DNA of 64,000 nucleotides from Strigamia acuminata (Eukaryota): NCBI GenBank assembly GCA_949358305.1, contig OX442314.1, positions 13,330,001 to 13,394,000 of the forward strand, read 5' to 3'. Shown piece by piece: positions 11,401 to 21,350 of this stretch (position 1 is its first letter; each line of letters starts with the position of its first letter). The notes under the pieces were generated by a model. It saw only the letters and a program-made list of their open reading frames with translations, ran no database searches and was not told where the DNA came from. The position numbers and the translations under genes were made by a program.

Positions 11401-12739
11401 GTGTTTCGCGTATTTCAAGCTCCATTCTTATTTGCGCGAGTTTATTGTCCAATTTGGTTTCACGTTCCTTGCGCTCTTCCACAAGTAATTGTTCCTGTAG
11501 TTTTTGCTCTTCTAATCTGTAACATTCCCTCCGCTGATCTCGATCATTCGCCGCAGCTATCCATGCAGCATATTCCTCGTGGGACATTGGTTCATTTATG
11601 TGGCAATAACATGCTTCATGCGTAATGTCTAGCATCCGGTCTTGTACTTCTCGCAGCTTGAGACGTGTTGGCGAAATTATTCTTTTCAACTGTGTCAAGT
11701 CGGTCCTGCAACTGGGTGAGAATCTTGCGCGATTTAGCAATAAACACTTTTGACATGTGGCACGTGGTACGCATTGTTTTGGTGATTGCACTGTTTGCAT
11801 TGTTAAATCCACTGATTCCTGGGAACTCGAGGGAGATTTTGCTAGACTTTCATCCGTTTGTTTCAAGACGAATTCTTGTTCTTTTATTGCGTTTGCTGGT
11901 GAACCAAAGTTATACGACTCATTTCGATAAGAGTAACCATACTCGTTTTGCTGACACGCTTTGTCTTTGAAATGTGATTCACTTTTCTGGCGGGCTTCGT
12001 CCTGATAACGCGACTCATTTCGCTGATTTGAGTCCTCGTTTGGACGTGAGTTGTTCTTAAAACGTGATTCACTTCTGTGGCAAATTTCGTCATGATAATG
12101 CGACTCATTTCGCGGATCTGAATTTTCGCGTTGACGTGATTCGCAACAATAACGCGACTCGTTTCGCGAATGTGAGTCCTCTTGTTGACACTCTTTGTCA
12201 CGGTAGTGCGACTCATTTCGCGACTGGAAGTCCTCGTATTGGCGGAAATCGTCTTTGAGCGAACGTTCTCGTGACGTAGAAGGACCATGTTCTTCTTTTC
12301 TTTGATTAACTTCGCTTCGACTATCAAGTCCCGAATCATTTCGGTTATCATATCGAATGTCGTATTTTGGTATATCCTGATCTCGTTGATCGCATCTTCT
12401 TTGATAGTTCTGTGGTGAAGAAGAATGACGCATTTCATTTTTATCTCTTGATTGCCGTGTCTTATGGATTGTTAATGTACCACTTCTACTCTGGCTGGCT
12501 TGTAGTTGGTGGTCAGCCATCTTGATTGTAAAATCTTGGAAAAAATTTTCTTGATCCCGTTGAACAATCTTGGAATGTTTTCTGTCATCTGTGTTCTTAA
12601 TGGCAATCGGAGACGACATATCTTCTGTGTGGTGTAACAATCCCAAATGTGGTGGCAAACTATATCTTTTCAATCGCAATGATGATTGTTGAACTTCCAT
12701 GGTTGGTCTTTGTACTTGTTTCTTATGATGATCAGACAT
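8447..12739 (-). CDS. 1430-aa ORF of the LTR element; largely low-complexity or coiled-coil, with no recognisable protease, RT, RNase H or integrase
   Basis: Uninterrupted 4293-nt ORF filling the internal region. It has RNES(H/R)Y repeats, a Cys/His cluster (CQKC...HEACYCH) and a coiled-coil. I see no YxDD RT context, integrase HHCC/DDE, or CX2CX4HX4C knuckle. Confidence 0.75.
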   Translation of the reverse strand: MSDHHKKQVQRPTMEVQQSSLRLKRYSLPPHLGLLHHTEDMSSPIAIKNTDDRKHSKIVQRDQENFFQDFTIKMADHQLQASQSRSGTLTIHKTRQSRDKNEMRHSSSPQNYQRRCDQRDQDIPKYDIRYDNRNDSGLDSRSEVNQRKEEHGPSTSRERSLKDDFRQYEDFQSRNESHYRDKECQQEDSHSRNESRYCCESRQRENSDPRNESHYHDEICHRSESRFKNNSRPNEDSNQRNESRYQDEARQKSESHFKDKACQQNEYGYSYRNESYNFGSPANAIKEQEFVLKQTDESLAKSPSSSQESVDLTMQTVQSPKQCVPRATCQKCLLLNRARFSPSCRTDLTQLKRIISPTRLKLREVQDRMLDITHEACYCHINEPMSHEEYAAWIAAANDRDQRRECYRLEEQKLQEQLLVEERKERETKLDNKLAQIRMELEIRETQNKFEANKVQSRRHYVSRTTSPVRSLSENVKSIPRSKSDLTKLLFEEPIKITEERGCLIKADKKTSTRKSVDSTALSAVRSPTRLKLQEVRRRLQTETRDSPAETKRQSRDDQKILRYGTSAEVTTRKRHNSPVDLRFSEVAKKLSLPVAMDAVKKALKRLSTSGEETETMSESRKSLILEMKTFSINFAKKTPSEKMEKIDSFNQALVVEGKTMESSLHVENENFPKASPPAQEDAKKSKPDPQELRYMAHSRCPPVRNTASVMHQSKVEQSITDSTGNAVKRGNDDTKYRRDNNQTSTPAQKKMLFDVMDKQNLQQPDDIRMSTANRELGQTQVDTCMAGWPNENDRHHQRSINFENFNDQKTAIDGRQQEEKSVQSAEDTRHAEDTQVVENTGITQSASKSNKMQAHKNAQPLQDTQNSDDKKNQDDAQIAEKIIESDTENLIFENLEENPLLFPKSVDFETDEQVQPFPKKGGRVMEKEKKNQNSSRNPRKSENKCLVRETKIVRKQLRKVIKRLTDNVMLQDSTFSPKLCRQNSEWPSKYFIVALKNILENITSEDLQEVKILIKNCYQRLDLANETQDTKEKVEKLPKKRIQAKQQLIQLEERSEVKLVETIQTSGDTRSEHENEKPLQTDDYKMLCSKQHTNTGLKGRPENQDCQVLTSIGQIEKQGPRPTEKENRILEKTLQRIDLKQHNTQSIELPKFAASSITTENISKINLLEKQPNQIIQVDQHFMESSEVKTAMKLSYASYTESTDLQKHIVSAVAIGNKSKINFSDTVKKSDCSNSDSRATVPTTVTIKSTSEGKQPVASFLLEEFRIQHVDLPNTQPEIQKQWLEIEKIAGNKITLMESKKPLNFEATNASAVQQQLVATTPEMNVKTQNDRADSGKVLQDACFRSFEHTTENQLPVRANWTGHLKEAAGRSGWQDFSPGSGTPSAIAGQNQSVTTRNDSTKSQDKLKFSVSESEIPIKDFASRIDDEI

Positions 12740-12972
12740 GATGTTAATTTTTAGTAGATAGGATAATGAAGAAAGAAATAGTTTAACTTAGAAAAATATC
12801 TTCTAAACTCTGTTAACCATTTTCCCCCTTTTTTGTTTGAGAACCAAAAAAAAAAAAAATTCACACCTATTCTTACTACAAATCAAAAAATAGAAGTTCC
12901 TCAATCTAATTAACCTATCACAAAACAATTTTCCAAACAAATTAGGTCCTTCAACTAAATAAAAGTTGTTAA

Positions 12973-13001
12973 GGTTCAAATCTTTCAGGCCCAGGCCCCC
13001 A
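12973..13001 (-). other. Primer-binding site, tRNA-Pro-like
   Basis: Two nt after the 5' LTR the minus strand reads TGGGGGC-ctgggcctgaaa-GATTTGAACC. The complement of the tRNA-Pro 3' end is TGGGGGC-TCGTCCGG-GATTTGAACC. Confidence 0.6.
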
Positions 13002-13003
13002 AG

Positions 13004-14163
13004 TGTAATGAGCTCAAATTTCACTATAAAATAATAGTGAAATTTCTTTCTCATTGGTGCCGCATCGGGACTTATCAAAATTCTACTAAAACTCAACTCT
13101 AAAATCTTAACTGACTAATCAAAGAAGAAATAATCACTAATTAGTTCTTAAATAAAGGAAAAAGATTTATTCTTGGCTTGAATAAACTAATAGTAAAATA
13201 CAATTAAATAATAGGAATTAAAGGTAAAAGTAATAATAATTGAAGGTGAAATGGCGAAAATAATACAAAATAGCGGCGATGGCTTGTCGCTCGCTCTCGA
13301 ACTTCGTTCTTCACTCGACGCTCGCTCTCGAACCTCGTTCTTCGCTCGACGCTCGCTCTCGGACCTCGATACTTGCTCTCGGACCTCAATGCCCGCTCCA
13401 AACCTCAAAACGGCGTCTAAACTTCACTCTTTACTCACGATGTTCATTCCTGGTTAAACCGGACAAATTTCCGAATTCTTGGTGACTTGAACTCGGACAC
13501 AATTCCGTTTCTTCTCTCTCAAAACTCGCAACAGATTCGGACACAATTCCGACTCTTCTTCCTTGATGACTCCGTGGTTGCGGCAAATTCCGCTTTATGT
13601 TGACTGGGACAAATTTCCCAATGAGGATTTCTCATCCAAACAATGGCTGCTTGGCAAGAATGATGATCTCTCCAAACAATGGCTGCTTGGCAAGATGAAA
13701 ATCCCACTGATGAATATGCTCAATCAGCAAGATAAATTTCCCACTACTGGATGTACACAGTAGCAAGAACTCCCACAATAACTTTATGTTATTGTAAGAA
13801 ATGAGTCTCAATACTCAAGAACATCTCAAAACTGCTTTAGCAATTTGCAAGAAGGAGTCTAAATACTCAGGCAATCTTTCACCAAATCCACTTGAAGAAT
13901 TGTATTTTCCCAGGGTAGATTTTGTGACTTGTTGCTCTCAAAGTTGATTTCAGACTGAAGATTTTTTCTCATTCTCTGCAGGAAGCATTTCCTGTTACAG
14001 GAAGCTCATGGGCTGGTTGCCCTGGCAACCACCCTCATGTCTTCAAGTTATGCCAGACTTCCTGTTCAGGCATAAAAAATAAACTCAAATAAAAATATGA
14101 AATATATAAAATATTTCCAGACACATTTCTGTTCTTCATCTAGTGACCACTAGGGTCACTACA
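13004..14163 (-). repeat. 5' LTR
   Basis: Copy of 7251-8410. On the minus strand it begins TGTAGTGACCCTAGTGGTCACTA (small hairpin). Confidence 0.95.
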
Positions 14164-15002
14164 CACTGTCTAAAACATCCTCATCAAAGCTTTTTTTTCT
14201 TTGAAACCATGTATTATAGTTATGTTCATTTTAAATTGATATACCGGTATTTAAGTAGCCCGATAATAATAGATTTCACTAGCCAGAAAAATCAAATAAA
14301 TTGTAGAGCTTAAATGTTGATCAAGCGGCGATTCATTACACATTTCCATACAGAGATCTGATAAAACGTTTTAAATTCGAAAATATATAAAATCGTCTGC
14401 CTAACTTAAAATTAAAATGTCTGAAAATTTAATGTTGTCGTAAATAAAATGTTATTAAAATTTAAAATATAAAGCGACGAATTATAAAAAAATATTTAAA
14501 AAATAAAGCAAGGAGGGACCTATGAACAATATGAATAACAATGTCATGATTCTCTATTATTGTATGAATAAATTGTCAGTTGAACATTGAACATTGAACA
14601 AGATATCACATTTTTATTATTGCCAGAAGTTTACATTAAATTGAAATAAAGAAATGAAATAAATTATGGTCTTCCCCCGCTTCTCGGTGGAAATTCGAAT
14701 CTACCTGAATTATTACAGGCTTCCTCTTTAATTTTCTTCGAAAGAAAGTAATTCACTAACCACTGCATCCAAACATAACAAATATGATCATAATCTTCCG
14801 AATCTCTATAGAAAGAATTGAAGTTTACCTTGTGAAGACGACTTACACTTCGACTCAACTCTTCCGCCAACGTCTTATCCGCATCTTCCAATATCGGTTT
14901 ATTTCCTAAAACCAAGTGAGACGTCATTTTTGCAAATTTGCTGAAACAGAAGGAAAAGAGAACGCTCATTAACCATGAATCATATTTAATGTTAAAATTA
15001 AA

Positions 15003-16352
15003 TTACCACGAATTCAATTGACGACTTGCAATAAATGCAGATCGAAATCGATCATTTGAAAGTCTAGACAGATTGAAACTCATCTTGATGTAATGTAATT
15101 GTGTAAAAGGGTTGATGAGTGTTTTAGCCCGAGATGTAGTTGAAACACACAAGTCACGAATTGAATTTCTCAATGCATACATTTCTCGTAATGTTACTGG
15201 GTAAGAGCTCGAAACTTGGAACAGTTTCATTTCTTGAAAAAAGAAAATTGAAGCCAACATGGAAATCGAACAAACCATGGTAGAATCGGGTAAATTCATA
15301 CATAAATCAATGTAATGCAAAGCTTTATCGACGAAAAGGCTTTTGCTCCTTACTCTCGCTTTACCATACATCAAGGGTGAGCAGCTTTCAAGCTGATCAC
15401 AATAATCGAAAGAATCGGACATGAATACATCATTGACAGTGACTTCTTCTGCTAAGCTATCAATCATGGCTTTGATGTGTTGCGGGTAAAGCAAACAAGC
15501 GACGGCAAAGTGCACTTCTTCACTTGGTAACAACATTACGGCATCTTGGAAAGCTTTTAGTGAGGCTTTATAATTACTTTTACACCCCAAATAATGGCCC
15601 TTCAATAAGAGTAGTGCGGCATCAAAACGAAGTAGATAGCTTCCATTTCCAAATTCTTTGATTATGGATATATCCTTAAATATCTCTCTCTCGATTCTCA
15701 TTCTGTCGTAGAGCTGCTTTATTACGCTATATCTATATTTGCAAAAGAAGATCGATATTTTCTTCAAATATCCATCTTTATTTGCACAGAAGTCGTGCAT
15801 CCAACCGCGTAAATCTTTAACAGTCTGCGAAAAATATAATATGAGAATATGAGATGTATATTTTGTTTTGCACTTGTCGATAAATCTTACCTCTTCTTCA
15901 CTCTGATCAAAAGGACTGGACACTGCTGTTTTCCACTGCCTATTTCTCAAATCTGCGCCTAATTGTTCGATGTGTTCAAACACGCTTTTATAAATTTTGC
16001 CATTATCAAAATTGTCCACAAAATTTAGTGTATGGAACTCGTTGATCCATTCGTGGAATCGTCGTTGAAACATTTCCGACAATTTTTCGCCTCTTTTCAA
16101 TCCCGTGAAAATCGTATCTTTGTTTGCATTGTACTTACAACACAGATTATATAATCTGTGCTTATAATCGTATTCCGCCCGAGTTACCGGATCGAATAGC
16201 GTGATTTTAGCTTTGTTTAAATTTTTCATCCATTCTTCTGGATATGCCATTAACGCCCTAATCCGCCATGCCTTCTTAATCTCCGTAAATGTGGCGTCGC
16301 TTCGAACGCCAAGTAGAGCGTACAAGTCTATATCGTCACTGGTTTCGGACAT
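15003..16352 (-). CDS. Short J-domain family protein, copy D, about 427 aa; J-domain lacks HPD (AYPEEW)
   Basis: ATG at 16352. Predicted exons are 15891-16352 and 15003-15824 (66-nt in-frame intron). It is a paralog of copy E. An out-of-frame exon-3 remnant follows at 14664-14905. Confidence 0.7.
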   Translation of the reverse strand: MSETSDDIDLYALLGVRSDATFTEIKKAWRIRALMAYPEEWMKNLNKAKITLFDPVTRAEYDYKHRLYNLCCKYNANKDTIFTGLKRGEKLSEMFQRRFHEWINEFHTLNFVDNFDNGKIYKSVFEHIEQLGADLRNRQWKTAVSSPFDQSEEEVRFIDKCKTKYTSHILILYFSQTVKDLRGWMHDFCANKDGYLKKISIFFCKYRYSVIKQLYDRMRIEREIFKDISIIKEFGNGSYLLRFDAALLLLKGHYLGCKSNYKASLKAFQDAVMLLPSEEVHFAVACLLYPQHIKAMIDSLAEEVTVNDVFMSDSFDYCDQLESCSPLMYGKARVRSKSLFVDKALHYIDLCMNLPDSTMVCSISMLASIFFFQEMKLFQVSSSYPVTLREMYALRNSIRDLCVSTTSRAKTLINPFTQLHYIKMSFNLSRLSNDRFRSAFIASRQLNSW

Positions 16353-17043
16353 TATATTTTTGCAATCTGAAATGCAAATTATATAATTCACAGCACCGCA
16401 GATAATTCATTATGTCTAACTTCACCAACCTCAGGCCTTCAGAGTTGATTGAAAAATCTAAACAATTTGAAAAGTTGCACTTACTTTTGTACCCGAAGTG
16501 CATACAACCAACTCCTCCAAGAGCTTTTTACTTTTTTTTCTCTCATCCAGTCCCTTGTGTGACGTAACGTAAATGACGTCGTACCCACTAGCTAGAACCG
16601 AAGACGCAATCTCGGGCATTCTGAAGACGTGTCCATGGAGCGAGGGGAAGAGAGGGAAACAAAGATGCAGATCACCTTCCGTTTCAATTCTTTGAATAAT
16701 AAATAAGGAGATCGTACAGCAAATGCAATCCATCTCATTTTCGAAAAGTAAAATGAGATGTAATGATAACGTTCGCCAAAATGGATAAACAACAGACTTG
16801 CCGGTTTTGTCCAAGATCGGCACTTCTTGACCCAAGGCTCACAAGAGGGTTTAAAACCAAAGTGACCAAACTAATGTGAATACTACATAAAAGATAAGAG
16901 CAGATACAGGCTTCATTAAATCGTTTGAGGCTTTTTAACATTTCAATAACAAATACATTTTTATTTTTATTTATTAATCAGAACAGAAAATATGAAAAAT
17001 CTAGTAGAGTTTAATTACTACTTTAACATTGATTAGAAGTCGA

Positions 17044-20000
17044 TTATTCCATCTTATTCAATTGACGCAACTTCTCCAGCTCCTTATGAGTCCTCACTCG
17101 TGCTTGCCCAGGTGGATTCGGTGCATCAAAGCAAACATGCACTCCTCCAGTTTGTCCGTGTTTGCTTTCATCTTTTGGAAAAGAATGTCTACCTTTGTGC
17201 GTAACCTTTTGCCCCGACATTCTTAAATCAGCTGTGAATTTGCCAGACTTGACATCGCGAGTTTTCTGCTTGCTTACTATATGATAATGCCATCCAACTA
17301 GCGGGTCCCAATGAAGTATCGGTTCAAGACCACCACCTAACTTCTTCGCTATATCATACGCTCTTTTCCTCGTACGAGCCTTGATTTTATGAATTTTGGG
17401 TTTGTCGGTACGTCCCGTTCCTCTTGTAGAATCCTTGCTGCCCTTCCCGTTCCCGTTCCCGCCGCCACCGCTCCCGCTCCCGCCAGCGCCTCCGCTCGCA
17501 CCAGAGCCTCCGCTCGCACCAGCGCCTCCGCTCGCGCCAGCGCCCGATTTTATTCTAAAATTTCTGGGCAAATTGCCGGTGAACGAGGAATCCGCAATCA
17601 CACTGGCCCGCTCGCTGATGTGAGATGTAAATTTGCCAGAATCAAAATAACCCACATTGGCGGCCAAACTTCTAAACGCTGACGAATTAAACGCACTTGC
17701 ATTGCCGTTCGTACCTACAGGCGTGTGCATGTTCATTCTAAGATTCATGTTAACTCCGCCGTAGACTCGTTTTGAAGAATTGCGATAAAAAGCAGATGGG
17801 ACCCAAACGCAGTCACTCCCATTGGGATCGTTCACGTCGTTCTTTTCGGGGTTGTTAAAATTAAGACTGCACCGATTGCAATAAATACCAAAACGACTCA
17901 TTCGCTCCTTCTTTCTCATCTCCAAATCAGTGCGAATGTGCTGCGCCAACTGTACACACTGTCCATCTCTCAAGCAGCGAGTAACTAAGGACTTCAAAAC
18001 TGAATCATTCGGGACACCGAAAGCTTCGACTATTTTTGAAGACACGTCGGTGATATCGCATTCTCTTATCGTAGCACCTTTAACTTGGGAATACACGTTA
18101 TCCATTGACGCCTGTATTGGTGTAATATCGATACAGCAAGTTTTCTTAGACTCTTCCAAATTATCATAAAGTCGACGTAATATTTTGCAAACGGCCTGAA
18201 GTTTGTACAATTCTCGTAATCGCAACAAAACACGATAATATCGACCGACGTACGTGTACGAACGTGTCAGATCATCGGCAAACTCCTTTTCTGCGTTAAC
18301 TTCGGGAAATTTGTACTCCGAACAGTCTTTTCCGCAATTAGAATCTCCGTAGTCTTCATCGCTATCCAAATCATCGTCCGATTCAGTTCCGTCACTGTCG
18401 GCCCATTCACTTCCGTCGTCATCGAAAGCTTTTTCAGAGTCATCCGCATCGATTAATTCTCCCTTAAAACGTAATCAAATTTTACATAACCGTATAATTA
18501 TAAAAATAATCAAAGATAATTAATTACTTTTGCACTGTACTTCATTATATGAGTTTTAACCTCCATAGGACATTTCCCAAACAGGTGAATGAGATCGTTT
18601 TCTTTTTGGTTGGCATCGAACGTCAATTCTCCGCATTGGATCCAGAAGCGATGAGCCTGGCCTACATGAGTCCCGTTCTCGCGATCCGAAGTGGGTAAAA
18701 CGAAGTCCCGTAAAGGTTCGGGAAGCGTTTTAACTAACTGGTCTGCAGTGGGTCGAAATGCGAATGGAAATTTTGCCGAAACTTCGACACCGGTGGAGAG
18801 ATACTTGAGCAGCATATCAGCATGAAGTTGAGTCGCCAAAAAATTCGAATTAAAACATTTACTTGGGTTGAATCTCATTTCTTGAAAAGGATGCGCCTGC
18901 ATATCAAAATCAACTTGATCTAATGAAAAGCAACTGGACGTGATGCCCATTTTCAACACTTCACACACGTCCGCCATGTTGAAAAGTCCCGTTCGCTCCA
19001 TTTTGTCCTCATTTTGACCCGATTGTGAAGTCGGGGTCAAGAGTAACTGAAAAACGCCAGTTTCCAAATCGATAACAACTCCATCGACGGAATCAAAGTT
19101 TTCGCCAGGCAGATTGAGCCAGGGACGATTGGGATCCAAAAATCCTTCCTCATCTCGATTCAACACACTCCATTGCATCAGAGAATGAACTTGGTTGATA
19201 TCCCATAATGGATTTTGTTTCAAGAGTGCAATTATGGCCTCGTGTCTGTAACTTTGAAACTTCAATCCATCGTCAGAATAAAGACGCTTCCAAGCCAATT
19301 CGAGTAATTCGTATTGATATTTGTGGGATCTGGGATTGTCAACGGTATTTGCGTTGTAATATGCATCCAAGAAATTGGTACCAACTAAACCCAGAAATAT
19401 GAAATCGGTGGATAGGACCATCGGAATATTGGCAAATGGAACAACTTTGACAAGACGAGTCAAACTTCGACTCAATCTTTCAGTCAACTCTTTATCCGCA
19501 TCTTCGATCACCGATTTATTTGCTAAAAAAAAACAAAAAAACGAATTATTTTTACTTCAAAATCGTTTCAAATATTAATAGAAATTACCATTTGGCAGAT
19601 TTAATTGATTGCTCGCAATTAATGCTTCACGGAAGAGTTCGGTTGAGAGTTTGTGAAGTATGAAACTTAATTTGACGAAATACAATTCCGTCATGGGTTG
19701 CTCGTGTTTCCTGGCTTTAATCGCAGTCGCAAAGCAAAGGTCACGAATTGCATTTCTCAAGGCGTACATCAATGATAATGGGACTCTATCAGTGTCCAAC
19801 AGAGCCACTTCTTGATTAGACTCCCGTTTTCTGACAAATTCAAACTGTTTCATCTCTCGTAAGAAGAAAGCCGAAGCGAGCATAAAATTCGAGCAAACCA
19901 TGCTCGTATCGAACGAAGACATGCAGAAATCGAGGTAAAGTAGCGCTGCAGACATGTTACTGCCTCCGCCACTGTGTACCGCTTTTTCGTACTTTTTAGC

Positions 20001-20967
20001 CATACGTATATTGATATTGCTCTCTAAGCGATCAGCATATTGATGACTAACGGGAATGGGCACATCGCTTTCTTTGAGTTGTTCCGTGAGGCCAGCAATC
20101 ATGGCTTTGATGTGATTGATGTTCAGCAGGGAAGCGACAGTAGAGTGCACTTCTTCGGTTGGTAGCAAAATCATGGCATCCTGGTAAGCCTGTAGTGATG
20201 CTTTGTAGTCCTTTTCTTGCTCTAAGTAATAGCCTTTAAATATGAGCAGTAAGAGTTGATAACGAAGTGGCAATTTGGTTATGTCTTGTCCCATTGATAA
20301 TTCGTCGTAGAGCGGCTTAATGAAAATATTTGCATTCTCGCAAAGTCGGTCTGCTATTTTCTTCAAAATTCCATCGACGTTCGCACAGAACGCAATCAGC
20401 CAAAATCGGATAACTTTGAATGTCTGCTAAAATAAAGTTTGAAATGTATTTCAACTATTAAAATTTTGTAATCACATTTGTTTTCAGCAATTTTACCTTC
20501 TCTCCTGCGTTTTCTTCACTCGGTACTTGTGGTTTGGCGTTGCGAAACTCCGCATCAATCTTCAGCAGATCTTTGCCTACTTGTTGAATTTCTTCAAAAA
20601 CGTCGTCGTACATTTCGCCATTTTCAAAATTATCGATAAATTTGAGATGTGAAAACTCTCTGTTCCAGCCATCTAATCGCCTTTGAAAATCGTCCGATAA
20701 TCTCTCGCCGATGTTCAAGGTCGCGAAAGCCGCATGGATGTCGTCTTCCGGTTCGTACTTGTCGTCGTACTTCGCCCTTCGTTCCGGATCGAGTAAAGTG
20801 ATTTTAGCTTTGTTTAAATTTTTCATCCATTTTTCGGTTCCTCCCGTCTTATCTGGATGTGCCGATTTAGCCCTTAACCGAAATGCTTTCTGAATTTCCG
20901 CAGCTGTAGCTCGCCTCTGAATGCCAAGGAGTCCGTAGAAATCGTCGTCGTTTGGTGCTTTAGCCAT
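17044..20967 (-). CDS. Long J-domain multidomain protein, copy A, about 1239 aa (no TPR-like block; Gly-rich linker; His-rich tip)
   Basis: Exons 20497-20967, 19589-20423, 18528-19522 and 17044-18462 join in frame through GT-AG introns (phases 0,1,0). HPD is intact (SAHPDKTGG). Confidence 0.85.
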
Positions 20968-21320
20968 TTCTTTGCTGTATAATCAAATTGAAACCACAAC
21001 TGTGTTAAATCGTTTCGAAAAATGAACACTGTGAACGTTATCGGACTGAAAGTAAAGTTTGACTACAAAACCAAAACCGGAAGTGAACAAACCGACACCA
21101 AGAACAGTTGGTTGTCTTTTAAAAAAATTAAAAAAAACATTTTTGTTTATCTTCATGTTAAATTACAACTGGTTTTAAATTAGAGTGTTTAGATAAATTA
21201 TTTTTCTGACCTGACTAGCTAAATGGTTCACACGCCTGCCAACGTAATTTATAGAAATGTAGAATACATCTATTCCACACGATCACGAGAAACGTTCAGA
21301 ACTCTCGGTTTGATTTTGGA

Positions 21321-21350
21321 GTCACGTGAAAGAAAGAACGGGGAAATCCC
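21321..21350. promoter_or_regulatory. E-box (GTCACGTGA) plus kappaB-like site (GGGGAAATCCC) in the divergent spacer between copy A and SDR1
   Basis: Motifs at 21321-21329 and 21340-21350. The same pair with similar spacing recurs at 30290-30320 and 37500-37528. Confidence 0.55.

Larger units (their letters stand above)
7251..14163 (-). mobile_element. Full-length, very recent LTR retroelement (Gypsy-like termini) lacking pol; non-autonomous
   Basis: Two 1160-bp direct repeats with TGTA...TACA ends. 4-bp TSD CACT at 7247-7250 and 14164-14167. PBS next to the right LTR and PPT next to the left LTR. The empty paralogous site is at about 301-310. Confidence 0.93.
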
